56,767 nucleotides of DNA from the IMG/VR virus record IMGVR_UViG_3300028048_002245. One strand, 5' to 3'. The notes below the pieces were generated by a model, which did not search any database, was not told where the DNA came from, and saw only the letters and a list, made by a program, of their open reading frames with translations. Within the stretch, counting starts at the first letter, position 1. Every line of letters begins with the position of its first letter. This document shows, in pieces, positions 42,158 to 51,048 of this stretch. The translations under genes were made by a program, and so were the position numbers. This DNA is from an uncultured virus (IMG/VR IMGVR_UViG_3300028048_002245) (taxonomy: Duplodnaviria > Heunggongvirae > Uroviricota > Caudoviricetes).

Positions 42158-43843
42158 ATGAATGATACAATAACAGCCAGAAAATATGATATCAGTCTGG
42201 TAAAGATAGCTTCATATACAATGAAAGCCCGCCTTTATCCGAACATACATCAGGAAAAATATATGCAGGCCATCTTGGATGGTATAAGAAAAGCCAGCAA
42301 CGGGACAAAATACTGTCTTAAAAACCATCTGTATCCCGAACTTGAAAAGCCGGGAAAAGACGGCGTGACAATGTTCCCAGACTGGAAGTACATCGGAAGC
42401 AGTGCATGGCTTGAAAAGCTGAGAGACCTTTATCCGGGGATCAGAGGCATAGTTCCGGGAGCCTCACTTTCATCAAGCGTCGGCGGAGCGATAGCCTGCG
42501 ACCTGAAAAAGGGATGGGAAAAGCTCGGAAAGCTGCCTACCGACAAGTGGATGAATCTTAAAGACAAAAAGGGAAGACCTCGGGTAAAGAACTATTGTAA
42601 AAGATTTCCGAGGACAAGTTTCTGGATACAGATACCGACAGACAGGATCAAATATGTTGACGAGAAGCACGTATGGATAAACCTTTTCCCAACAAAGAAG
42701 TTCGAAGATGACACTCCTTTTGGCAGAATAAGAATCCGTGGATGGAACAGCAAGATCACGTTTGATGAAAACGGATCTCCTGTACCCGTACAGAAGAATG
42801 TCGGAGTAAGAATTTCGATAAATGCCTGCGGAGAGTGGTATATAGCATTTTCTTTCCAGAATGCATACAGACCTGTAAAAGTAAGAACGGACATTGAGAG
42901 AACGCCTATAGGCATCGATCCCGGCATCAAGTATTCCCTTACGGATTCCGACGGGGAACACTATGAGAACAGGAGACACAAGGAACGCCTGCAGGATCAG
43001 ATAAACTTCTACAAAGATCAGATGAGCAGAAGGCAGGGGTCGTGTAACGCAGAGTTCAGAAAAAACCGTAAGGAAGCCTGGAAATGGAATGATGAGCATA
43101 AGGAAGAGATCGAAGCAGGAAAAGCAGAAAGAAAATCTGTAGCAGAGTCAAAACGATACCTGAAGGCAAAATACAGGGCAGCCCGTCTTGAAAAGAAGGC
43201 TGTTGACAGAAGGAATAACGACCAGGGAGTTATGACCTCAGAGATCATCGCGAAAGCTTCGCATCTGTATCTTGAATCGCCTGACATAAAGGCAATAATG
43301 CAGGATCAGGAGATGGGCATTCTGGCAGCTGACGCTGCTATGGGTGAAAACCTTCTGAAGCTCAAATATAAGGCTGAATGGAGCGGTATAGGATATCACG
43401 CCATAGACAGGGAAGCACCATCGACACAGAAATGTTCGGCGTGCGGATATGTCTTAAAAGATGATGAAAAGCTGAAACTAGGAGACAGGGAATTTATATG
43501 CCCGGTCTGCGGTCATAAAGAAGACAGAGACGAAAACGCTGCAAAAGTCATACTCGCTACAGGTAAACAGGAAGAAGCTGACGGCATTCCGTCATACGTA
43601 CCTCCGAAGGAAAAGCCTGTAAGAGAATATAAGGATACTCCAGTATCGAAAAAGCATCCTGACGTATTCGTTCATTTCAGCAATGAGATGAAGGAGGCAT
43701 ATAAAAATCCTTTTGTTCTTGTAGATAAGGATGGAAATGTGATCGATGATGCCCAGGGATACGGCTTTACAAAGGCTGCTGATGCGAGAAAGTATTGGAA
43801 TGACCATATAAGAAAGAAAAAGAAGGCAGCAGAAGCTGTCTGA
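42158..43843 (+). CDS. CRISPR-adjacent TnpB-derived RuvC effector (candidate compact Cas12-like), ~561 aa
   Basis: YTMKARLYP N-terminus, RuvC-I IGIDPG, RuvC-II YLES, zinc finger CSACG/CPVCG, RuvC-III DRDENAA; RBS AAGGA before ATG 42158; CRISPR array 191 bp downstream. Confidence 0.8.
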   Translation: MNDTITARKYDISLVKIASYTMKARLYPNIHQEKYMQAILDGIRKASNGTKYCLKNHLYPELEKPGKDGVTMFPDWKYIGSSAWLEKLRDLYPGIRGIVPGASLSSSVGGAIACDLKKGWEKLGKLPTDKWMNLKDKKGRPRVKNYCKRFPRTSFWIQIPTDRIKYVDEKHVWINLFPTKKFEDDTPFGRIRIRGWNSKITFDENGSPVPVQKNVGVRISINACGEWYIAFSFQNAYRPVKVRTDIERTPIGIDPGIKYSLTDSDGEHYENRRHKERLQDQINFYKDQMSRRQGSCNAEFRKNRKEAWKWNDEHKEEIEAGKAERKSVAESKRYLKAKYRAARLEKKAVDRRNNDQGVMTSEIIAKASHLYLESPDIKAIMQDQEMGILAADAAMGENLLKLKYKAEWSGIGYHAIDREAPSTQKCSACGYVLKDDEKLKLGDREFICPVCGHKEDRDENAAKVILATGKQEEADGIPSYVPPKEKPVREYKDTPVSKKHPDVFVHFSNEMKEAYKNPFVLVDKDGNVIDDAQGYGFTKAADARKYWNDHIRKKKKAAEAV

Positions 43844-43852
43844 TAATAAAAA

Positions 43853-43990
43853 ACGGTGAGGCTTAGCCACCGTGTAGTGCGAACCCTTAATACACATCAT
43901 GCCTGCGTGATGTTCGCACTACGAAATGTCTGGTCTACGGTCTTTTAATAGGCATAAAAACCTGTAACTGACCGGCAGGAAACAGACCGA
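43853..43990 (+). ncRNA. Candidate tracrRNA/scaffold RNA
   Basis: Stems ACGGTG/CACCGT, perfect GTAGTGCGAAC/GTTCGCACTAC, ACATCATG/CGTGATGT; loop CTTAAT complementary to the repeat 3' ATTAAG. Confidence 0.5.
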
Positions 43991-44034
43991 TACCATATAT
44001 TGACATGCGGATTATGCTATAACAGAATATTGCG

Positions 44035-44308
44035 GTTGCAATCCGCATGGATTATACGGATTAAGAGGATGTAAGAATGGTGAATTGTCTGCAAAGGATG
44101 TGTTGCAATCCGCATGGATTATACGGATTAAGAGAAGACTTCCTTTGTCTTTGTCAGCGATAGCTCTGGTTGCAATTCGCATGGATTATACGGATTAAGA
44201 GAAAAACTCCGACAAAAGCGACAATCTCGACAAGTTGCAATCCGCATGGATTATACGGATTAAGAGTTTAGTAAAGTTGCAGTCCGCATGGATTGTACGG
44301 ATTAAGAG
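44035..44308 (+). CRISPR. CRISPR array: 5 x 33-bp repeats, spacers of 34, 34, 32 and 9 nt
   Basis: Repeat GTTGCAATCCGCATGGATTATACGGATTAAGAG at 44035, 44102, 44169, 44234, 44276 (last degenerate); internal hairpin AATCCG/CGGATT. Confidence 0.93.
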
Positions 44309-44372
44309 ATGGCAATAGATTTATTTTCGGGAGCTGGTGGTTTGTATATAGGCTTTAAAAGCAGGATTCGAT
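44309..44372 (+). pseudogene. Fragment of a C5 DNA methyltransferase N-terminus
   Basis: AIDLFSGAGGLYIGFK (motif I FxGxGG), continuing as AGFD after a frameshift; then cut by an inverted IS end. Confidence 0.6.
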
Positions 44373-44590
44373 ATGAACCTCACATGACTAAAGTCGCAGG
44401 TGTTGGCCTGCTGAATTATAAAAAAGCCACCCGGCGTGACCAGGTGGTTAAGAGGGGGAGTATGAAAAACGAAAACAATTTTCAGCTAATACTATAGCAG
44501 AATGTTTCAGATTTTGCAAGACTAAATTGCAGATTTTTTCAAATTTATTAGAAACGGGAAAGTCTGCATCATACAGATTGGGAAAAAAGA

Positions 44591-44791
44591 ATGAGGTACA
44601 GCGATATAAGAGCACGTATACTTGCTTCCATGGCAGAGCAGCGACATAATTATGCGTGGCTTGCTGATAAGACCGGGTATCCAGAAAAGTCAGTAAAGAT
44701 GTGGCTCGCAGGAGCAAAGGAGCCGAAGGTGAGCATTCTTATAAGTATGCTTGCAACACTCGGACTAAGACTTAATGTTGAAAAGGAATGA
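44591..44791 (+). CDS. XRE-family HTH protein
   Basis: LADKTGYPEKSVKMWLAGAKEPKVS. Confidence 0.75.
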   Translation: MRYSDIRARILASMAEQRHNYAWLADKTGYPEKSVKMWLAGAKEPKVSILISMLATLGLRLNVEKE

Positions 44792-45663
44792 GGAAAGGCA
44801 GAAAGATGGATAAAGACGAACTCGCCAAAAAGATGAAAGTTATCGTACAGAGCGAAGAAGACGCACTCAACAGTATGACTGATGAAGAGATGGAAAAAGA
44901 AGCAGTATCATGGTATGAAGAAAATCCGAATAATTTTTCAAAGTGGTTTCCAAAGATAAAAGACTGTGGTATGCTTGTTCCGAAGTCAAAGGTTTTCAAA
45001 GTTCCGGGAAGGGTGATACAGGCATTTTTTGACCCGGTGCGTCCGGAAGAGGATAAGATCATAACCGAATGGGTAAGAGGTACCGTCATGTCGAGCATAA
45101 AGGATATGACCGCATTCCTTTTCATAAAAAACGGAACGTTCTCAGATAAATTTAATTTTAATGAAGGATGTTTCTGCCGAAAGAGCCTTCACGAGTTGGT
45201 AACACACATAACAAACATATGCTATGATGCAGAGCTCTGTGGGGCGGGCGGACTGTCTGAAATAGTCATAAGAGAATTCATTGGGACGCCTTACTACATC
45301 GAGAACAATATCCCGTGTATCTACAATGGCATGCCTTTGAGGCCTGAATTTAGGGTTTTTTATGACTTTGACAACAGAGAAGTTCTCTATTCGGTATTTT
45401 ACTGGGATTATGACTACTGCCACAAAGACATAGAAAAAAACGCCACAGACAGGATCATATATGACAGCGTGTACAACAATATCAAAGGGTTCTATGATGC
45501 TCATGCCCACGATGTGGAAGATATAATCGCAACACACATGAAAACTGTTGATATGACGGGCAAGTGGTCTGTGGACGTTATGTACAACGAAGAAGATAAA
45601 ACATACTGGCTCATAGACATGGGAACAGCACAGGCATCTGCATATTGGAAGGAAAAGGATTGA
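44788..45663 (+). CDS. Hypothetical protein (ATP-grasp-like motifs)
   Basis: FIKNG, VIREFI, PEFRVF, WSVDVM..WLIDM pattern. Confidence 0.6.
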   Translation: MRKGRKMDKDELAKKMKVIVQSEEDALNSMTDEEMEKEAVSWYEENPNNFSKWFPKIKDCGMLVPKSKVFKVPGRVIQAFFDPVRPEEDKIITEWVRGTVMSSIKDMTAFLFIKNGTFSDKFNFNEGCFCRKSLHELVTHITNICYDAELCGAGGLSEIVIREFIGTPYYIENNIPCIYNGMPLRPEFRVFYDFDNREVLYSVFYWDYDYCHKDIEKNATDRIIYDSVYNNIKGFYDAHAHDVEDIIATHMKTVDMTGKWSVDVMYNEEDKTYWLIDMGTAQASAYWKEKD

Positions 45664-45834
45664 AGCTCCCCTCTGCTAAAGCAGAGGGGATTCTATATAT
45701 CCAAAAATATAAAATTTGTAAAAAAGTAAAAAATGTAATGATTTTGTAATATTTGCTGTATAATATCTCCTGTAACCACATCTGATATAACCCTTTATGG
45801 GGAAGTTCAGACAGACGAGTTAAAGGAGATATTT

Positions 45835-46917
45835 TTGAAGTTTCAGAAAGTAAAACAGATTCTATTAAGTGTGATAATAATCACAGGTTCCGTTGCAGTT
45901 CCCATGAATGTGTCGGCAGATGCCGTGACAGGCATGACAGAAAGTGTCCAGTCAGTACCTGTTGTAACGGAGATATCGGATGACAGGACGGTGACTGGTG
46001 ATAACAGCCATATCACAGATGAAGTCAGGGATATGCTCAATGACCTGTTTGAAAAAGACAAAGACGGAAATGTTATTGCGGTTCATACGGGAATAAGCTG
46101 GCAACAGAAGATATATGACATACTAGGCAGTGAACCAGAGGATGAGCAGACAGATGCAAAGGCAGATGATAAGAAAGTGAAATCTGACAAGGAGCTTTCT
46201 GATAAGCCTGATACTAATGAATATCATTATAAGTATGTACCTGACGGTGGCAGTCTTAACCCATTCAATGGTGTCTATTATGGACCGTCAGGCAGGGAGA
46301 CATACTATAACCTTGATATGAGCCGTGTAGTCTATTATATGAAGGTTATGGGTATAGACAAGAAGTACTGGGTAAGAGATGACGGGGTAAAGATGTATGG
46401 CGACTACGTGATGTGTGCTGCCAACCTTGATCTGAGACCAAAGGGAACCATAGTGCAGACTTCACTTGGAAAAGGCATCGTTGTAGATACGGGCGGTTTT
46501 GCCTACGGAAATGGAGAAGGAGGCAGACATCAGCTTGATATTGCAGTCGCCTGGGGCAGTAGCAGCTGTGGAAAAGCAAAGAGATCTGAAGACAACAAAA
46601 AAAATAATCTTACCGAAGAAGAAAAAAATTCCAATAAAAAGCTGAAAAAAGAACAAAAAAAGACTGAGAAAGCCAAAAATAATAAGAAAAAAGACAATAA
46701 AATAAAATCTGGCAAAGATAAAAATAATGAGGTGGAAACAAAAGACAGAGCAACTGCAAAGAACAGGGAGCAGGAGTCTGAAGTCCCAGGTCAGACAAAA
46801 ACTACAGAAGATAATACAACGAGTACTGACGATGTAACGGGCAGCAGTACTGAATTTTCTGATTCGGACGATATTGTTGAAACAGAAAATACGGATTCTG
46901 TCACAGAATACCATTGA
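45835..46917 (+). CDS. Secreted protein with 3D-like (cell-wall) domain and Lys/Thr-rich tail
   Basis: Signal peptide; YVMCAA..RPKGTIVQTSLG.GIVVDTGG..LDIAV. Confidence 0.6.
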   Translation: MKFQKVKQILLSVIIITGSVAVPMNVSADAVTGMTESVQSVPVVTEISDDRTVTGDNSHITDEVRDMLNDLFEKDKDGNVIAVHTGISWQQKIYDILGSEPEDEQTDAKADDKKVKSDKELSDKPDTNEYHYKYVPDGGSLNPFNGVYYGPSGRETYYNLDMSRVVYYMKVMGIDKKYWVRDDGVKMYGDYVMCAANLDLRPKGTIVQTSLGKGIVVDTGGFAYGNGEGGRHQLDIAVAWGSSSCGKAKRSEDNKKNNLTEEEKNSNKKLKKEQKKTEKAKNNKKKDNKIKSGKDKNNEVETKDRATAKNREQESEVPGQTKTTEDNTTSTDDVTGSSTEFSDSDDIVETENTDSVTEYH

Positions 46918-47040
46918 GGCTCGTGAACTACTCGGGAACTTGTTCCCGAGATGAAAGCCCGTAAAAAAGAATGCTATCTGTATAGATAAGAAACAGCGTA
47001 ATTTCTTGCTTATTCTTTCAGAACATGTTATACTATATGT

Positions 47041-47451
47041 ATGAACAAATATACGCATGGACGTACCTGTGTCTATAACATAAATTACCATATCGTCTGG
47101 TGTGTAAAGTATCGTCGCAAAGTGCTGTCACAAAAAATATCTGAACGGCTTTATGAACTCTGCCATGAGATTGCCAAAGCAAAAGGCTTTACAGTCGTAG
47201 AGGTTAAAGTCGGCGAGAATGATCATGTACACTGTTTCGTATCTGCTCCGCCAAAGATATCCATCACCCAGATCGTAAAATACCTGAAAGGCATATCAGG
47301 CAACAGGCTACTGGAAGAATTTCCTGAACTCCGTAAATCTTTATGGAAAGGGCATCTCTGGAACGGCAGTTACTTTGTTGAGACTATTGGCTCCACATCC
47401 GAGGATAACATCAGACGCTACATCGAAAGGCAGAAAAACGTCCAGTTATGA
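47041..47451 (+). CDS. tnpA: IS200/IS605 transposase TnpA
   Basis: Protein identical to 15880-16290. Confidence 0.95.
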   Translation: MNKYTHGRTCVYNINYHIVWCVKYRRKVLSQKISERLYELCHEIAKAKGFTVVEVKVGENDHVHCFVSAPPKISITQIVKYLKGISGNRLLEEFPELRKSLWKGHLWNGSYFVETIGSTSEDNIRRYIERQKNVQL

Positions 47452-48590
47452 ACAAAGCATACGTTTACAGGCTGTATCCTACAGCCGACCAGAAAATCTT
47501 ATTTGCAAAGACCTTCGGGTGCTGCCGCAAGATCTGGAATCTCATGCTAGGTGACCGCATAGATGCCTACAACGATTATGGGATAACCCTGCTCCCGACA
47601 CCTGCATGGTATAAATCAGATGACAGGTATTCGTACCTCAAAGAAGTAGACTCCCTTGCACTTGCAAACGTACAGCTGGCATTGCAGAAAGCTTACAAAG
47701 CTTTCTTTGATGGTATAGCAGAGTTCCCGAAATTCAAGTCAAAACGCCGTGCAAAACTGTCATACACTACCAATAACCAGGGCGGGACCATCTCTGTTGC
47801 GGATAATGCTGTCCGTCTTCCCAAAGTCGGCATGGTAAAAGCCAAGATCCATAGAAATGCTCCTTCCTATATGGTGTTAAAATCCGCTACTATATCATGC
47901 GACAAGTGTGGCGGATACTATGTTTCCATACTTTATGAGTATGACAGGGCTGATATCTTTAGCAATACCCATACATCTGACGACCCGGAAAAACTTCTGG
48001 GACTTGATTACAAGTCAGACGGTCTGTACGTCGATTCCGAGGGCAGATGTGCCGATATGCCGCACTTCTACCGTAAGGCTCAGAAGAAGCTGAAACACCT
48101 CCAACGGGAACTGTCACGCAAAGTCGGTTCAAAGAAGGGCGAGACACCTTCCCACAACTTTGAAAAACAGCTTGCCAGAGTCCGTAAACAATACAGGCAT
48201 GTGGCAGACCAGAGACGTGACTATCTCCAGAAGCGGTCAACCGCCCTTGCTGATGAGTACGACCTTATCGGGACAGAAGACTTATCACTCAATGGGATGT
48301 CATCTTCCAAAGGACTGGGGCTGGGGAAAGCAACAAACGATAACGGCTTTGGTATGTTTATCCAGATGCTTGCCTACAAAATGGCCGACAGAAATAAACA
48401 CCTCATAAAGGTAGGCAGAGCTTTTCCGTCAAGCTAGCTGTGTCAGTGTGGCTATAAGAATCCGATAACCAAGGATCTCTCTGTCCGCACTGTTGTATGT
48501 CCTGTATGTGGCCGTATATATGACAGGGATGTGAATGCAGCCATAAACATCAGAAACGAAGCTTACCGTATCTTCCGATGCGGAGAATAG
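47448..48590 (+). pseudogene. tnpB: tnpB with in-frame TAG before the zinc finger/RuvC-III
   Basis: FPSS*LCQCG...[15 protein letters not shown] continues in the same frame after TAG at 48435. Confidence 0.85.
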
Positions 48591-48749
48591 CTTTATCCAT
48601 GTAGGGCGGGAACCGCCCAAACTAAAGCCTGTGGAGCTGGCTCTGACGGGACATGCCTTTAGCGGGGTATGCTAGTTACCACCAGTCTTGAAGCAGGAAG
48701 CTCGGGAACTTGTTCCCGAGTAGTTCACTTTTCAAGCAGCTCGTCTTCA

Positions 48750-48854
48750 TTGATTAATTGTTTCATTTGGTGTATACTGTAAGGGTAAACAGTAATAAGA
48801 CATTAAATTCGTCACAGAGTATTTTTATAATAAAAACTCTGTGGCGATTTTTTT
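48750..48854 (+). promoter_or_regulatory. Promoter + TAATAAGACATT leader + terminator hairpin upstream of gmk
   Basis: TTGATT-17-TATACT, AGTAATAAGACATT, then GTCACAGAGT..ACTCTGTGGC and a T run. Confidence 0.6.
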
Positions 48855-48978
48855 GTCGGGATACGGCTTCGCAACCATATCCTTAAACCTGTCTGCAACA
48901 GGGAAAGCGGTATATGCTGTAAAAACAGCTGATTCACTTCTCTTCGTTGCAGAGGGGAGATAGTGGGAAAGGATAAAT

Positions 48979-49551
48979 ATGTTACTCATTATAGCAGGAA
49001 AATCCGGATCAGGTAAAAATGCTGTATCAGGCAGGCTTCTTACCCCCGAAATGGGATGCCACAGGATAGTGACGTTTACAACACGTCCTATGCGTCCAGG
49101 GGAAAAAGAGGGTGTTGACTACCATTTTGTGTCTGACGAAAAATTCAGTCAGATGGTAGCCAAAAGACAGTTTGCTGAATGGAAAGAGTACCATCCGGCA
49201 TGCGGTGACGTATGGAAATATGGTAGCCGTATCACAGCTGATATGCTGAATTCGGATGAAATATATCTCATAATCCTTACCCCTGCCGGGTTAAGAGATA
49301 TAAAGAAGAAATTCAAGGGACACGAGGAAGATATCGCAAGTATCTATCTGCGTGTTCCCGAGGAGACACTTGAAAAGCGTCTTAAAGGCAGAGGGGATGA
49401 CATGACAGAAGCTGTGAGAAGGCTTGCTGCCGACAAAAAAGATTTCGACGGCTTTGAGTCATCGGTGGATTATGTGATCGATAATACAGGCTCGATTAAT
49501 GAGACTGTTGGTAAGATTGCAGATATAATCTCCAATAGATTCATAGAGTAA
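48979..49551 (+). CDS. gmk: Guanylate kinase
   Basis: GKSGSGK P-loop; TTRPMRPGEKEGVDYHFVS. Confidence 0.9.
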   Translation: MLLIIAGKSGSGKNAVSGRLLTPEMGCHRIVTFTTRPMRPGEKEGVDYHFVSDEKFSQMVAKRQFAEWKEYHPACGDVWKYGSRITADMLNSDEIYLIILTPAGLRDIKKKFKGHEEDIASIYLRVPEETLEKRLKGRGDDMTEAVRRLAADKKDFDGFESSVDYVIDNTGSINETVGKIADIISNRFIE

Positions 49552-49793
49552 TATAGAGTAATATAGAGTAATAAACTCTTCAGTCATCGTTTTTTCCCGC
49601 ATCGTTTATCGGTGCGGGTTTTTCTTGTTTTGTCAACTACCCACGGTCTAAAGGCCGGTGGGCTTGCAACTGCCCGGTAGTGCAATAGAATTTAGTCTCC
49701 TACCTTTAACCCCAGACAATAGATGCCCGTGGCGTTGCATTAACAGGGTGGTTGACAGCACCCTACATACACAAGTTATGCTTATGTATGGCG

Positions 49794-50978
49794 TCAGTCT
49801 TTATCTGACGACTGAGCCTGCGTCAGGTACTCTATTCCCATGCGGTGCAGGTTCATAGCTGCTATGCGGTCATCGTTTGATGTGTAGCCACAGTTACAGC
49901 ATTTAAAGATGTGTTTGAAATGGTCTCTGTTAGCTTTTTCGACATGTCCACACTTAGGGCATGTCTGGCTGGTGTACCTTGGATCTACCTTTATAACAGT
50001 GTCACCTTTACGGGCAGCCTTGTACATAAGTTTAGTCTCAAGATCATAGTAAGCCCAGGATACTGATATATAGCGGTCTTTGGTCTTTATGCGTTCGGTA
50101 GCCCCACGGATACCAGTAAGATCTTCCAGCACAAAGAGAGTACTATCAGCCTGCGACTCCACGAGTGCCTTAGACAGACAATGATCCACATCGTCCATCC
50201 AACGGTTTTCTCTGGAACCGATAGCTTTGAGTCTTCTCCTTGAAGATGGAGTACGACGTTTCTGAAGCTGAGCGCGTACTTCTTTATAATGGGCACGACG
50301 ACGTTTAACGTCACGGCCACTGTAAAGAAAAGTCTTACCCTCTGAATTATACGCACTGGCGAGGAATCTTATGCCACGGTCAATGCCGACTACATTTTTT
50401 ACAGCGGACGGTACAGGAGAGTCTGGCACAACTTTTGTTACTGGCACATAAAGAAAAAACTTTCCATGCTTATAAACAAGTTTTGCTGTACCGAACTTTG
50501 AACCAGGAGCAAAAGCCCAATCCATAGCGTTGCTATAAAATGATACCTTAATACGACCATTGAGTGTGTTTACAGAAAAGAGCATCTCTCCTGTGACTTT
50601 ATCTTTAACAAGAGAGTAGTCCCTGTTCCACACCAATGACACCTGCGGTGTAGTAAACTTTGGTATGATTCTGGCATTGCGCTTAGACTTTCTAAATCTG
50701 TCGGGGTGCTCTGCCTGCATGGTCTGTATAGTTTTATAAGAAGCTATAACCGTTCTTGTCACACTTACAGCCATCTGAGATGGTAAAGTAAATACACTGC
50801 GACAGGTATCGTAAGTCTCTTTCTGTACCTTGAACTGGTTCAAAGGCATCTGGTGGTCACTTACATACTTTGCTACATAAGAGCAGGCAAGAGAATAAGC
50901 CTTCATTGTTTTGATAAGAAGGCTCATATCACTCTCAGCCGGAAGGATATGCAGTTTTGCCGTAAGTGTTTGTTCCAT
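49794..50978 (-). CDS. tnpB: TnpB RNA-guided nuclease
   Basis: VGIDRG, VLEDL, TSQTCPKCG, CCNCG, NDDRIAAMN. Confidence 0.92.
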   Translation of the reverse strand: MEQTLTAKLHILPAESDMSLLIKTMKAYSLACSYVAKYVSDHQMPLNQFKVQKETYDTCRSVFTLPSQMAVSVTRTVIASYKTIQTMQAEHPDRFRKSKRNARIIPKFTTPQVSLVWNRDYSLVKDKVTGEMLFSVNTLNGRIKVSFYSNAMDWAFAPGSKFGTAKLVYKHGKFFLYVPVTKVVPDSPVPSAVKNVVGIDRGIRFLASAYNSEGKTFLYSGRDVKRRRAHYKEVRAQLQKRRTPSSRRRLKAIGSRENRWMDDVDHCLSKALVESQADSTLFVLEDLTGIRGATERIKTKDRYISVSWAYYDLETKLMYKAARKGDTVIKVDPRYTSQTCPKCGHVEKANRDHFKHIFKCCNCGYTSNDDRIAAMNLHRMGIEYLTQAQSSDKD

Positions 50979-51048
50979 AAATTGATTCCTTTCACTAAAT
51001 ATATTATACTATAACTGTTAGTGAGAGTCAAGCAATAAAGGATATCTT

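Larger units (their letters stand above)
46923..48728 (+). mobile_element. IS605-type element (tnpA + tnpB)
   Basis: CTCGGGAACTTGTTCCCGAG hairpins at both ends; TAGTTCAC right end. Confidence 0.9.

Noticed and set aside
44068..44233. Self-targeting of CRISPR spacers within the window
   Set aside because: No match noticed by eye; needs an alignment to exclude
36227..48437. Two in-frame TAG codons (36227, 48435) suggesting TAG-to-Gln recoding
   Set aside because: All long genes are free of internal TAG, several ORFs end plausibly at TAG, and no suppressor tRNA is present; point mutations are simpler
49543..49573. ATAGAGTAAT x3 at the gmk stop
   Set aside because: Probably a simple slippage duplication
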